Positions 1 to 10,049 of a stretch of DNA of 64,000 nt are shown here, one piece after another. The stretch's first letter is position 1, and each line of letters opens with the position of its first letter. The notes beneath the pieces were generated by a model. It saw nothing but the letters and a program-made list of their open reading frames with translations. It ran no database searches and was not told where the DNA came from. Source of the DNA: an uncultured delta proteobacterium (GTDB lineage: Bacteria; Myxococcota_A; Polyangia; Fen-1088); contig CAVTRY010000013.1 of NCBI GenBank assembly GCA_963737265.1, positions 230,933 to 294,932 of the forward strand, written 5' to 3'. The position numbers and the translations under genes are program-made.

Positions 1-1
1 C

Positions 2-772
2 ATCCGCATCGGCATTCGCGAACACGGCATGGGTGCCATCTTGAATGGCATCGCCTACCACGGCGGCGTGCGCCCCAGCGGCTCTACCTTCATGGTTTTC
101 GCCGACTACCTGCGGCCGAGCATTCGCTTGGCGGCGCTGGCGCGTTTGCCCGTGATCTACGTCTTCACCCACGATTCCGTGGGGGTGGGCGAAGACGGCC
201 CCACCCATCAACCCATCGAGACGCTGATGGGGTTGCGCGCGATGGTCGGGCTCGACGTGATTCGCCCCGCCGATCCCGAGGAGACGGCGGGCGCGTGGCT
301 CGCCGCCATCGAGCACACGGAAGGCCCGACGGTCCTGGCACTCACGCGGCAGGCAGTCCCGGTGCTTCCCGGCGAGGCACGGGCCAAACGTATTGGAGTC
401 CTGCGCGGTGGCTACGTCCTTTTGCCGGAGAGTGCCGCGCTCGACACGATCCTCATCGCCACCGGAAGCGAGGTGCAGCACGCGGTGGCGGCCGCGCGCG
501 AGCTCGGCCCCGGCACACGCGTCGTGTCCCTTCCTTGCTTTTCGCGCTTCGAGCGCCAACCGGCCGACTACCGCGAGGCGATTTTGCCGTCTGCGTGCGA
601 GCGGCGCGTGTCGATCGAGGCGGGCGTCACCTTCGGTTGGCGTGCCCATGTCGGAACTCGCGGCCGCATGGTGGGAATCGATCGCTTCGGCGCGAGCGCC
701 CCGGGGAACGTGGTCATGGAAGAGTTTGGCATGACCAAAGCGGCGGTGGTTGCGGCGGTGCGCAGCCTGTGA
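2..772 (+). CDS. tkt: transketolase, C-terminal part (5' end lies outside the window)
   Basis: The frame is open from the window edge. The translation contains [11 protein letters not shown] and [18 protein letters not shown], typical of the transketolase pyrimidine-binding and C-terminal domains. Confidence 0.9.
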   Translation: MRIGIREHGMGAILNGIAYHGGVRPSGSTFMVFADYLRPSIRLAALARLPVIYVFTHDSVGVGEDGPTHQPIETLMGLRAMVGLDVIRPADPEETAGAWLAAIEHTEGPTVLALTRQAVPVLPGEARAKRIGVLRGGYVLLPESAALDTILIATGSEVQHAVAAARELGPGTRVVSLPCFSRFERQPADYREAILPSACERRVSIEAGVTFGWRAHVGTRGRMVGIDRFGASAPGNVVMEEFGMTKAAVVAAVRSL

Positions 773-784
773 GGGGCTGCGGTG

Positions 785-968
785 CCGAACGCCAATAGGC
801 CTCGATGAGTGAATTGGAAAAGGCGACCTCAACCTGGACGAGGATGCGGTCCAAGCATGCGGTGAGCAGGATGGAATCCACCGCGCCATTCACGTTCTCG
901 ACACCGGAATCGGCATACAGCAGCGGCCGGCCCGCAATTACAAGATGCTTGCCAGCGGCCAGCAACAC
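785..968 (-). pseudogene. fragment of an rve-type (DDE integrase-core) transposase
   Basis: The minus-strand translation LLYADSGVENVNGAVDSIL...VAFSNSLIEAYWRS resembles the C-terminal end of IS3/IS481-type integrase cores (SNSxIExxWRSLK). It has no start and is cut off at the tkt stop. Confidence 0.4.
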
Positions 969-1000
969 CTGGCACGTGGCATCACCCCTCCTGGGGTGGA

Positions 1001-2983
1001 TCAGAAATAGCCCATCAGCTCGGCCAGGGCCTCGGTGTAGAATCCGGTGGCGTTGCCGACGAAACGGAGCTGGCCCCAGCTTCCGAAATTGAGTGCCTGG
1101 CCCACGCTGACAACCGGGGCACGCCGCTCGTCGCCGAGGAAGTAGTAGATGTAGCGGCCCTCGGCTTCGGTCTGGAGAAAGCGTCCCAGCCGCAACACGA
1201 CGCCGGCAAAGCCGCCCAAGCCAACCCGGAGGTGCTGTTCAAAGGGGGCCCCCGCGGCCACGTCGGCATCGGTCATGACAAAGACCAGTACAGGATGCCC
1301 GAGCCGAAGTGCAATCCCGCCCCCGGTGTTGATAGCGCCGTAGCTGCAACGAAGCCCTGCACAGCCCAAGTTGCGGGCCTGGGCACCGCCGGCGCGGATG
1401 GTCCAGGCCGTCTTGGGGATCCAGCGATCGTAGCCGGAGACGGACAGGATGTTGAGCAGGTCGAGGCGCTCCGGAAACAAGGTCCGCGCTTGGTTTTCGA
1501 ACCGGACGCGAAGCTGCAGCATCTCCAGCTCGGCGTCGTCGAGGTAGCCGCGCGCGGGGTCGAGAAAATCATGCAGGGCCACGCGCAAAGAGAGCTCCTC
1601 GAAAGAAGCGTGTCCGCCGCCCGCCACGCCGCCCGCCATTCCCAGGCGCAGCGACCGGTGGCCCGTTTCCGGGGCATCGCTTGCCGCCGCAACCGCGGGC
1701 TCCAGCGGCGGCACGGAGGTTCGACCTCGCAGAATGAGGAGCTCGCGCTCTTTGCGCAGAAACTCGGCCGATGGCTCCTTGGTCAAGCCCTCGCGAAACC
1801 GCAAGAGATCGGATGCAGTATCGAGGATGCGCGCCTGCCTTTGCCTCGACCAGTCGGCGATGAGCCCCTGCGCCTCGCCTCCGTGCCGGCTCAGCGCCTC
1901 GACGACCTGGACCTCGCCGCCAGTCAACTGCGCCTTGCGCTTCAGCAACTGCGCACGCAGCGACGGCCGGACCGTGCGCGCTTTCACCAGGCCGGGAACG
2001 GATAGAATGGCGCGCAGGGTTTCGGTGGGCACGACTGGGCCGTGAAAGCGCTCGCTCAGCCGCAGGTCAGGATCCGCGACCTCGAGCAATTCGAGCAAGA
2101 AGTAGGAACAGTTCTCGGTAACGAAGTAGTAGTTGAAATGGGTGCTGCGGGTTTCCCAGGTGTGCGCCACCAGCCGTTCGGCCTGCACCTCGGTGAGCGC
2201 CAGCTCGTATTCCCACAGGTCACGGCTTTCGATGTGCGAGTACTCCTGAATCTTCACGTAGTACGGCATGACGTAGAAGTGGCCGGCAAAACCTCCGAAG
2301 ATTCCCCTCCACGCGTAGACGAGACCATTCTTGGTGTTCTCGTCGGCGGCAAAGTTGACGATGTAGTCGATGAGGCGATTGCCTTCTCCAGTTCGGCGGG
2401 TCAGGCGCAAAAAGGTGTGGCCGTACATCGAAGCCGGACTGTTGATGTAGGCGGACGAGTAGACGAACGCGACCTTCTCCGGCGCGATGGTCCGACGCCA
2501 CAGATCGAACATGGGACAGGGCTGCGCCGCAATACGTTCGGGATCGATGGCCAGCTCCTGTCGGAGCCAGGACCATCGCGCGGGAAAGCGACACTGCGCA
2601 TGCTGGCTGGACTCGTCGCTTGGGGCGCCGGTCTTGGCCCCTTCGGCAAAGGCGGCCAGGGTCGCCATCAATTCGGCTTCCGGATCGGTTTCGCCCGCAG
2701 CGCCGGCGAGAAAGAATCCCGGTCCGTCGGCGCTGCTGCGCCAGCCGCCGAGCAGGGTGGGGTGGTAGTGAAGCAAGACCTGCCACATCCGCGAATGCGC
2801 TAACCCGTGCGCTCGCGCATGCGCCTGCAACTCGGCCAGGTAAGGCTGTTGCGCCGCCGCGGCCGGTGATGGGCGCAGCCCGACGCTCGCACCAAGAACG
2901 GCAAGCCCCAACAGAAAAACGTCCAGGCATTCCGCTTGGGAGCGCCTGGACCATCGGTTGTGCGTGATGTTTGCGACGGCCAA
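1001..2983 (-). CDS. DUF4105 (Lnb N-terminal periplasmic domain)-like protein
   Basis: 660-aa ORF with an N-terminal hydrophobic segment. The motifs GHTFLRL and FYVMPYYVKIQEYSHIESRDLWEYEL match my recollection of the DUF4105 family. Confidence 0.7.
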   Translation of the reverse strand: MAVANITHNRWSRRSQAECLDVFLLGLAVLGASVGLRPSPAAAAQQPYLAELQAHARAHGLAHSRMWQVLLHYHPTLLGGWRSSADGPGFFLAGAAGETDPEAELMATLAAFAEGAKTGAPSDESSQHAQCRFPARWSWLRQELAIDPERIAAQPCPMFDLWRRTIAPEKVAFVYSSAYINSPASMYGHTFLRLTRRTGEGNRLIDYIVNFAADENTKNGLVYAWRGIFGGFAGHFYVMPYYVKIQEYSHIESRDLWEYELALTEVQAERLVAHTWETRSTHFNYYFVTENCSYFLLELLEVADPDLRLSERFHGPVVPTETLRAILSVPGLVKARTVRPSLRAQLLKRKAQLTGGEVQVVEALSRHGGEAQGLIADWSRQRQARILDTASDLLRFREGLTKEPSAEFLRKERELLILRGRTSVPPLEPAVAAASDAPETGHRSLRLGMAGGVAGGGHASFEELSLRVALHDFLDPARGYLDDAELEMLQLRVRFENQARTLFPERLDLLNILSVSGYDRWIPKTAWTIRAGGAQARNLGCAGLRCSYGAINTGGGIALRLGHPVLVFVMTDADVAAGAPFEQHLRVGLGGFAGVVLRLGRFLQTEAEGRYIYYFLGDERRAPVVSVGQALNFGSWGQLRFVGNATGFYTEALAELMGYF

Positions 2984-3530
2984 CTAGCGCTTGGCTAAGG
3001 TCGTCGATAACTTGCCTTCGGCGCGGGCGATGGCCCGCTCGTCGGTGCAGCTTGCCGCAAGCGACGGCGATGCCTTGATCTGCTGCTTGACGCTCATGAG
3101 CATCTGGATGGGCGTGGTTGAGGTGCTGGGCACCAGTGTCTCGATCTTGTCCTGGGTCATCCTTGCGAAGGTCGGCTTGGCCGAGTCCTCGCAACCGAGC
3201 AGCGTAGCGAACGAAGCGAGGTACTCACCACCCCCGGCCGCCATGTTGGCTTTCAGATCTTGGAAATTGACCTCGGCGAACGCGGCCTGTTCGCGCTCGG
3301 CCTTGATGACCCCGCCGCTGACGCAGTTCGAAGTCCCAGATGTGATGCCGAAGGTTTGCGTACCAAAGAGACCATTGGTGGTGGCAGCAAGGACCTGCTT
3401 GAACATCGTTTGGTCGTTGCCAAACGCGATCGAATCCCAGGCCGCATCCAGCCATTCCGTATGGTTGTGCGTGGGCCGAGCCTGCAACGGACAGGGCTAA
3501 CATTCCTACTGCAAGTGCGAGTGTCTTCAT
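2984..3530 (-). pseudogene. DUF3015-family secreted protein with an apparent +1 frameshift near 3433
   Basis: The signal peptide and MAGCGLG motif (MKTLALAVGMLALSVAGSAHAQPYGMAGCGLG) are in one frame. The rest (SIAFGNDQTMFKQVLAATTNG...FGITSGTSNC) is in another. The frames join at CTGGGA[T]TCGATC. Confidence 0.65.
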
Positions 3531-4130
3531 GGATTCAATCCTCCAACTCTAGTTACGACCGCATCCAGTAGACCCACCGTGGGTCGTCCCATGCATGCGG
3601 TGCGATGATTCTACTGAGGTTCGCTACACGTGCAATCATTGACTGAAGACGTGTCCATCAATCGCTCTCGTCGCCCGTCCGGCTGCGCAGCCCGCCCGCT
3701 TCGTTTCTCCTCGCTTACATAGCGCCATTTTTCCTTCACCAAATCGCGCTCTCGGATCCATAATAGAAGGCGTCACGTAGGTCTGGGCACCTGATCTACC
3801 CCCTACCCAGGCATTCACGGCGCGGTCATGGAAGCGCCCAAGCGTGTACCTGGCCTGTTGGACGAGGTACGAAGCCCGATGGCGCACGCCCGATTTTGCG
3901 AGCTCGGATTCTGGTTTGTCGGTAATAATAAAGAGCCTCTTTCCAGTTTCGGTCGTTGAAGAACCACTTCCTTGGTACGTCGAGGCCGACGATAGGAAGA
4001 GAAGGGGGGTGCGTCAATCGGAAAAGCAAACCGCTTCGTTGCACAGGCGCGACACAAGCGCACTGGATCGAGGCATGGCTTGCGTCGTCCTTGCCCGCTC
4101 GTACGTGCTGTGGCATGGTGATACGTACGC

Positions 4131-4385
4131 ATGAAAGCCGTCGCGGATAAGAAGACATTGAGGAAGCTAACCGCCTCGCGGTTGCGGATGGATGTGTACA
4201 GGGTACTCGACCGAGTGCTTGAGACCGGGGTTCCCGCCGAGGTCGAGCGACGCGGCAGGTTGCTGCGCATCGTGCCCGCGGAGACGGTCGAGCGGCTCAA
4301 ACGCCTTCCTTCCCGTCCGAACTTCATCAAGGGAGACCCGGAGGATCTGGTACACCTAGACTGGTCGCACGCGTGGCGGCCATGA
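4131..4385 (+). CDS. type II antitoxin (Phd/YefM-like) of a VapBC-type pair
   Basis: 84-aa ORF. Its stop overlaps the start of the downstream PIN gene (ATGA at 4382-4385). Confidence 0.7.
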   Translation: MKAVADKKTLRKLTASRLRMDVYRVLDRVLETGVPAEVERRGRLLRIVPAETVERLKRLPSRPNFIKGDPEDLVHLDWSHAWRP

Positions 4386-4759
4386 TCCACCTCGACACCC
4401 ATGCTGTAGTTTGGCTCTACGCCGGCGATCTGACCCGTTTCCCGGCTGGGGCGCGCAAGCGGATCGAGCGCGAGGAACTCCTCATCTCGCCGATGGTGGC
4501 GCTTGAATTGGACTATTTGCACGAAGTCGGCCGGATAGCGGAAGGTGCCGCCACCGTGCTCCAGGACCTGGCGCACACGTTGGGGCTAGCCCAGGACGAT
4601 GGAAACTTTGCCGCCGTGGTGACCGCGGCCAGGGCGTTCGCTTGGACCCGGGATCCTTTCGATCGGATGATCGTGGGGCACGCGGCCATGGCCGGGGCCA
4701 GCCTGATGACCAAGGATCGAAACATCCGCCAGCACTACCGTCAAGCAGTATGGGGCTGA
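4382..4759 (+). CDS. vapC: PIN-domain ribonuclease toxin (VapC family)
   Basis: MIHLDTHAVVWL...ISPMVALEL...DPFDRMIVGHA...LMTKDRNI shows the typical PIN acidic-residue pattern. The ATG at 4382 overlaps the antitoxin stop. Confidence 0.85.
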   Translation: MIHLDTHAVVWLYAGDLTRFPAGARKRIEREELLISPMVALELDYLHEVGRIAEGAATVLQDLAHTLGLAQDDGNFAAVVTAARAFAWTRDPFDRMIVGHAAMAGASLMTKDRNIRQHYRQAVWG

Positions 4760-5157
4760 GTTCAGCCCCGAGCTTGCTGTGGACTGGCACTAGATGCCTG
4801 CCAACTCCCAAGTCTCGGGTCGGGCAGGACGTCAGGTGGATAGTCGGTACAAGCGCCATTTTCTTTTCACTGAATCGTATCTGTTAGGAAGACCACCCGC
4901 GGCGGCTACCAGTTCAGCACGAACCCGGCGCCGTATATCCTGTGTGCGAAAACGTTTTGTGCGACGGTCACGGTTCCGACGGGCCTGGTCGAATTCTCCG
5001 CGATCGACGCCACCTCCGGCCTGACCTGGGACGCGCCCAATGCGGTGCCACCCGCGCAGAGCATCGGCCCGTGCACGTTCGGCAATTAGCGCCACACTCG
5101 GATCTCCTCGGCGGAGCCCGGTAAGCGATCGTCCCAGCAAAGGGCTATGCTAGGTCC

Positions 5158-5929
5158 ATGCTCTTCAGCGATACGCGCGCGCTTTCGCGGTTCGGGTGCA
5201 GCATGCTGGCTGCGGCGCTCGGGGTGAGCCTGCTCGTCTCGATCGGATGCAACGGCGGATCCGCCAGCACCGCCGTCGGCGACGGAGCCTCCCCCGATCC
5301 GGGCTCGTGCAATCCCGATCCGCTGCGCACGAATCTTGCCCCCTTGTGGAATGGTCTCTCGGTGGACATCGACGACTGTCCCATCCTCGCGTCCACGGCC
5401 AAGTACAGCGAGCCCGACGCCATGATCTTCAAGGCGATCATCTACGTCGAGTCGCGCTTCCAGTACGACGCCGTCGGGTGCACCGGCAACGGGCCGTGCT
5501 GTCCGGCGCGCGGCTGGACCGCGTCCGAGTGTGCCTGCCTCGGCGCCATGCAGACCGGGCCTTGGTGTGATTCGTCGAACCTGCCCGCTGGGTGCACGGC
5601 GAGCGGGATCGGCTTGCTCCCGACCGGGCACGTGGACATGGAGACGAACCCCAGCGCCGCGAGCTGGGCCAACTCGGTCTTCAACCCCGTCATCAGCATC
5701 GAGCTCGGCATCGCCGGCATCGCCTGCAACCGCGCCCAGGCCAAGGCGCAATTCCGGGGCTGCACCGAGGATCAAGTACACGATGATGGCCATCGGCAAC
5801 TTCAACTCCTACGGCAGCACACAGAGCTGCACGGTCTACAACTTCGCCTACGACGCCGCGGTGGTCGATGCGTACAAGTCTTACTCGACCGCCGCTAGCT
5901 GGCCGGCCCACCCTTACGTGACTCAATGA
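5158..5929 (+). pseudogene. lytic transglycosylase (SLT-domain) lipoprotein with an apparent frameshift near 5775
   Basis: Lipobox-like LLVSIGC and IIYVESRF (catalytic Glu context) are in frame 1. The expected continuation YTMMAIGNFNSYGS...AHPYVTQ is in frame 2. The junction is GATCAA[G]TACACG. Confidence 0.65.
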
Positions 5930-6754
5930 CGGTCGTGCGCAACGCGCGAGCTTGAACGTCGTCGTCGTGCGCTAACCGATCCCATCTGGAGCGCCCGCTG
6001 CTCGCCCGTGTCTTGGCTGGGACCGAAGCGCTTCCACGCGCCGCCTGTACCGCTCGAAGCGCTTCCCGCCATCGATGCCGTGGTCATCTCGCACGACCAT
6101 TTCGACCACCTGGACATGGTCACGGTCCAGGCGCTGGCTGCCCGAGGCGCGCACTTCGCGGTTCCGCTCGGCGTTGGGGCACACCTTGAAGCGTGGGGAA
6201 TTCTGCCCGCCAAAATCTCGGAGCTCGACTGGAACGAGAGTGCGGACGTCGCCGGCTTGCGTTTGACGGCCACGCCCGCGCGCCACTAATCAGGACGCAA
6301 CCCTCTGCGCAAGGACAATACGCTTTGGGCTTCTTGGGTCGTGCAGGGACCACGACACAACTTCTTCGACGGGTTCAAGACCATCGGCAGGAACTACGGA
6401 CCCTTCGATCTGGCCTTGATCAAAATTGGCGCCTGCGATGTCACCTGGCCCGATATCCACATCACGCCAGAAGAGGCCGTGCAAGTGTTTCTGGATGTGC
6501 GTGGCAAGCTACTGCTACCCGTGCACTGGGGCACGTTCAATCTCGCGTTTCACGCCTGGAACGATCCGGCCGAGCGCGTCCTGGCCGCCGCGCAGACTTG
6601 TCACTCCATCGCTGACCGAGAATTCCGGGCCACCACCCGCCGTGGACGCCTGGTGGCGCTGACAACAAGCCCCCTTACAACCACGGCGTGCTGGATGAAG
6701 GCGTTCTCTTCATCCTGCAACAAATTCCGGCCGCGCACGTCTCCCTTAGTATGA
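5930..6754 (+). pseudogene. MBL-fold metallo-hydrolase (NAPE-PLD-like), decayed
   Basis: LTDPIWSARCSP..GPKRF...VVISHDHFDHLD...TATPARH is followed by an in-frame TAA (6287-6289), then SGRNPLRKDNTLWASWVV...GPFDLALIKIGA...HWGTFNL. The N-terminal roughly 100 aa are absent because the frame opens right after the upstream gene's stop. The GDTGY region looks shortened. Confidence 0.7.
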
Positions 6755-6782
6755 TAGGGCACCCTATGAAAACGATTCCGCA

Positions 6783-7697
6783 ATGAGAAGCAGCATCGAG
6801 GTGGAGAATTTCAGCAAGCTCTACGGCGAATTCCGGGCCGTCGACGACATCTCCTTCAGCGTGGAAGAAGGATCCATCTTCGCCTTCCTGGGCCCCAACG
6901 GGGCGGGAAAAAGCACCACCATCACCACCCTCTGCACCATCCAGCACAAGACGCGCGGGACGTTGCGGATCAACGGGAACGACGTGACCACGGAGCAGGC
7001 GAAGGTCCGCAAGGACATCGGGATCGTGTTCCAGGAGTGCACGCTGGATTCCAAGCTCACGGTGCGCGAGAACTTGAAGCTCCATTGCGACTTCTACGCC
7101 GTGCCCAAATCGGAGATCAAGGACAGGATCCAGTTCGTGCTGGGGCTCGTGGACATCGAGGAGTGGCGGAACGCGCCGGTCGGCGCCCTGTCCGGGGGCC
7201 TGAAGCGGCGCGCGGAAATCGCACGGGGATTGGTCCACTTCCCCAAGGTCCTGTTCCTGGACGAGCCCACCACGGGTCTCGACCCCCAGACCCGCGCCAA
7301 TGTCTGGGACTACATCAAGAAACTCCAGAAGCAGAAGAACATCACCATCTTCCTCACGACCCACTATCTGGAAGAGGCGGAGATCTGCGACCAGGTGGCC
7401 ATCATCGACCATGGGAAGATCGTGGCGCACGACACTCCGTACAATCTCAAGAAGCAGCACACCCGGACCACGACCAGGATCAAGACCTCCGACCCGGAGC
7501 CCCTGCTCCGGTATTGCGCCGAGAAGTCGCTCCCCGTCGCCAGGGAGAGCGAGGGGATTTCGATCACGTCGACGGACATCGGCGCGGTGATGGACCTCGT
7601 TGCCATCTTCAAGGATTCCATCCAGGACCTCGAAATCAACAAGGGAAAGCTCGACGACGTCTTCATTTCCCTGACCGGCAAGGAGATCCGAAACTGA
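6783..7697 (+). CDS. ABC transporter ATP-binding protein (ABC-2/DrrA-like exporter)
   Basis: Walker A GPNGAGKST, signature LSGGLKRR and Walker B LFLDEPTTGLD are all present. Confidence 0.9.
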   Translation: MRSSIEVENFSKLYGEFRAVDDISFSVEEGSIFAFLGPNGAGKSTTITTLCTIQHKTRGTLRINGNDVTTEQAKVRKDIGIVFQECTLDSKLTVRENLKLHCDFYAVPKSEIKDRIQFVLGLVDIEEWRNAPVGALSGGLKRRAEIARGLVHFPKVLFLDEPTTGLDPQTRANVWDYIKKLQKQKNITIFLTTHYLEEAEICDQVAIIDHGKIVAHDTPYNLKKQHTRTTTRIKTSDPEPLLRYCAEKSLPVARESEGISITSTDIGAVMDLVAIFKDSIQDLEINKGKLDDVFISLTGKEIRN

Positions 7698-8527
7698 TGC
7701 GCGCTATTCGAGCGATCCTGGCGAGGAACCTGATCAAGTTCTTTCGCGACAAGATGCGGTTTTTCTTTACGCTGTTCATGAGTGGGTTCCTGCTTTTCGC
7801 CTTCTCGTTCGTGATGAAGTCGGCCGTCGCTGGTGTGGCGCACCCCATGAGCTACCTGGTCTCGGGCATCATCATCATGACCGTGTTCCAGACGGCGCTG
7901 AACAATTCCATGAGCATCCTGGAGGACATCTCCACCGGCTTTATGAAGGAGATCCTGGTGGCACCCATCGCCAGGTGGCAGATCGCCGTCGGACAGGTCC
8001 TGTCTTCCGCGGTCCTGGCGGTCCTACAAGGCATCATCGTCCTGGTGGTGGGGGTCTTCATGGGCCTCAACCTGGATCTGGTTCACTTCGTCCTGATGGT
8101 GTGCCTCATGCTGCTGGTGGGGGTTACCTTCAGTTCCCTGGGACTCTTCCTCGCGGCGCTGTCCAAGGAATCCACCACATTCCAGATCATGATCTCGGTC
8201 GTGACCATGCCTCTCACGTTCCTGTCGGGCGCCTACATTCCCACCACGGTGCTCCCCGCCGTGCTGCGACCGATCGTCTACTTGAATCCCCTGACCTACG
8301 CCACCTCCATGTTCCGCTACACCGCGCTTCACCTGGAATCCATGACCACGCCTGAGTTGGTCAAGGCGGGCGTGGCTTTCGACATCCACGGGTTCGTGGT
8401 GCAGCCCTACGGCGGGGTGCTGATCACCCTGGCCATCGGCGCGACGTTCTTCGGCCTTTGCGTAAACCAGTTCCGCAAGGCCGACTTCTCGCGCGTCACC
8501 GTGTTCAAGCGAGGACAGCACCGGTAG
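7697..8527 (+). CDS. ABC-2 type transporter permease
   Basis: The ATG overlaps the ATPase stop (TGATG). The product is a multi-pass hydrophobic protein. The part of the long 7037..8527 ORF upstream of 7697 overlaps the ATPase gene and is discarded. Confidence 0.85.
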   Translation: MRAIRAILARNLIKFFRDKMRFFFTLFMSGFLLFAFSFVMKSAVAGVAHPMSYLVSGIIIMTVFQTALNNSMSILEDISTGFMKEILVAPIARWQIAVGQVLSSAVLAVLQGIIVLVVGVFMGLNLDLVHFVLMVCLMLLVGVTFSSLGLFLAALSKESTTFQIMISVVTMPLTFLSGAYIPTTVLPAVLRPIVYLNPLTYATSMFRYTALHLESMTTPELVKAGVAFDIHGFVVQPYGGVLITLAIGATFFGLCVNQFRKADFSRVTVFKRGQHR

Positions 8528-8567
8528 TGATGGCGCGTGCGGCCGCGCATCGCCTGACCATCCGTGG

Positions 8568-8816
8568 TGATCCCCGACCGAGGGTAGTTTCGTCGTCGCC
8601 CTGATCCCCGACCGAGGGTAGTTTGGGTGCCGTGATCCCCGACCGAGGGTTGGTGATCCCCGACCGCGTCGTGATCCCCGACCGAGGGTAGTTTGGGTGC
8701 CGTGATCCCCGACCGAGGGTAGTTTGAGCCGATCCCCGACCGAGGGCAGTTTCGTCGTCGTAGCGTCCGGAATTCGTCCCGGTGATCCCCGACCGAGGGT
8801 AGTTTCGTCGTCGTAG
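8568..8816. repeat. array of 8 degenerate direct copies of the left terminal repeat TGATCCCCGACCGAGGGTAGTTT
   Basis: Copies start at about 8568, 8602, 8633, 8654, 8672, 8703, 8730 and 8783, with irregular spacing of 18-53 bp. The short inter-copy tails (cgtcgtcg, gggtgccg) are themselves repeated. Confidence 0.85.
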
Positions 8817-8922
8817 ATGATCCCCAGGGTAGGTTCGTCGTCGTAGCGTCCGGAATTCGGACGTACCTTGTGCCGTTCGGGGGACATCATCGCCCTCCCA
8901 AAGTACCCCCGGATGCGGAATC
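8817..8922. mobile_element. MITE-like element, copy A (imperfect 23-bp terminal inverted repeats)
   Basis: The left end is TGATCCCCAGGGTAGGTT and the right end is AAAGTACCCCCGGATGCGGAATC. The core cgtcgtcgtagcgtccggaattcggacgtaccttgtgc.gttcgggggacatcatcgccctccc is shared with copies B and C. Confidence 0.7.
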
Positions 8923-8995
8923 CAACCGAACCGCGCCTCGGCGGAGGGCGGGGAGATGCAGACTAGCTAGGAGGAGACGGACATCCAGGTTCCGG

Positions 8996-9259
8996 CTACG
9001 CCTCGACGAGCAGCACCAGTGTCTCGGCCAGCACCCCATCGTGCGCCATCGCCTCGGCGGCACCTGGCGTGCTCATCGCGGTCTTGAGAGCATTCATGTC
9101 AGGAACCTCCATTAGCACCCCGACGCGAGTCGGATTCTGCGGGTCGACGAATTTACGAATGCCACTGACACCGAGGGGACCGAAAAACTTCTCCCGCATG
9201 GGCGAGGCGAGCCAATGCTTGGTGTCCTTCACGTGATGACAGCCGATGACGGCGGGCAT
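8996..9259 (-). CDS. hypothetical 87-aa protein carried between MITE copies
   Basis: Clean ORF (MPAVIGCHHVKDTKHWL...LVLLVEA) with no overlapping repeat. I do not recognise a family with confidence. Confidence 0.5.
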   Translation of the reverse strand: MPAVIGCHHVKDTKHWLASPMREKFFGPLGVSGIRKFVDPQNPTRVGVLMEVPDMNALKTAMSTPGAAEAMAHDGVLAETLVLLVEA

Positions 9260-9363
9260 GTTCTATCTCCTACGCAACGCATCTCCTACGCAACGCACGC
9301 GTTGGCGCCGCAGATGTGTTGTGAAAATCAAACCGCTGGTTTGATTCGCTACCTCACCAAAGC

Positions 9364-9518
9364 CATCCCCGACCGAGGGTAGTTTCGTCGTCGTTTGATC
9401 CCCGACCGAGGGTAGTTTCGTCGTCGTAGCGTCCGGAATTCGGACGTACCTTGTGCTGTTCGGGGGACATCATCGCCCTCCCAAAGTACCCTCGGATGGG
9501 GATCTGGGATGGGGAATC
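9364..9518. mobile_element. MITE-like element, copy B, preceded by one extra left-repeat copy
   Basis: An extra left repeat lies at 9364-9395. The full unit spans 9396-9504 and has the same core as copies A and C. An additional GGGATGGGGAATC stutter extends to 9518. Confidence 0.7.
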
Positions 9519-9664
9519 TGACTCGCGATCTGCCTCGGCCTATCGCGCGCCACGCGCGAGCTTGCCATCGCCGGCATCAAGCAGGCGAATCCTGGCCGCA
9601 TTCTCCCGGACCACGAGCTTCGCGAGAAGCTCGCCGAGCGCCTCTACGGTGCCGGTGATCCCGC

Positions 9665-9774
9665 TGATCCCCGACCGAGGGTAGTTTCGTCGTCGTAGCG
9701 TCCGGAATTCGGACGTACCTTGTGCTGTTCGGGGGACATCATCGCCCTCCCAAAGTACCCTCGGATGGGGAATC
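9665..9774. mobile_element. MITE-like element, copy C
   Basis: Nearly identical to copy B: TGATCCCCGACCGAGGGTAGTTT...AAAGTACCCTCGGATGGGGAATC. Confidence 0.75.
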
Positions 9775-9945
9775 TGATGGGGAATCTATGGGGAATCTAA
9801 AGTACCCTCGGATGGGGAATCTGGATGGGGAATCTAACATCTCGGATGGGGAATCTAACATCATCGCCCTCCCAAAGTACCCTCGGATGGGGAATCTGGG
9901 AATCTAACATCATCGCCCTCCCAAAGTACCCTCGGATGGGGAATC
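9775..9945. repeat. array of about 8 partial direct copies of the right terminal repeat (..GGATGGGGAATC)
   Basis: The motif (T)GGGGAATCT recurs from 9776 to 9945. Two longer 41-bp copies read taacatcatcgccctcccaaagtaccctcggatggggaatc. Confidence 0.85.
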
Positions 9946-10049
9946 TAGGGACGGCCTGCCCACAGCACCTTGGACAACCCTGTGGGTTGCCCACATGCCC
10001 ACAGCCACAGCAACGACTTTTTGTGTAGAATCAGATCCGGATCACAAAA

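Noticed and set aside
4871-5089. Start-less 72-codon open frame ending ..TVTVPTGLVEFSAIDATSGLTWDAPNAVPPAQSIGPCTFGN*
   Set aside because: It looks like the C-terminal relic of a secreted protein. It has no start codon and no recognisable family, so it is not reported as a feature.
7037-7696. N-terminal 220 codons of the 496-aa ORF 7037..8527
   Set aside because: This part overlaps the ABC ATPase gene in another frame and is Arg/Pro/Gly-rich. The real permease starts at the ATG at 7697, which overlaps the ATPase stop.
8568-8816. Possible CRISPR array (regularly recurring 23-bp repeat)
   Set aside because: Spacing is irregular (18-53 bp). The inter-repeat segments are only 0-12 nt and are themselves repeated (cgtcgtcg, gggtgccg). 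The repeat is the terminal inverted repeat of the adjacent MITE-like element, and there are no cas genes.
8024-8890. 288-aa minus-strand ORF with LPSVGD/TLGRGS repeats
   Set aside because: It is a translation artefact of the TIR stutter array, and it overlaps the ABC permease gene on the opposite strand.
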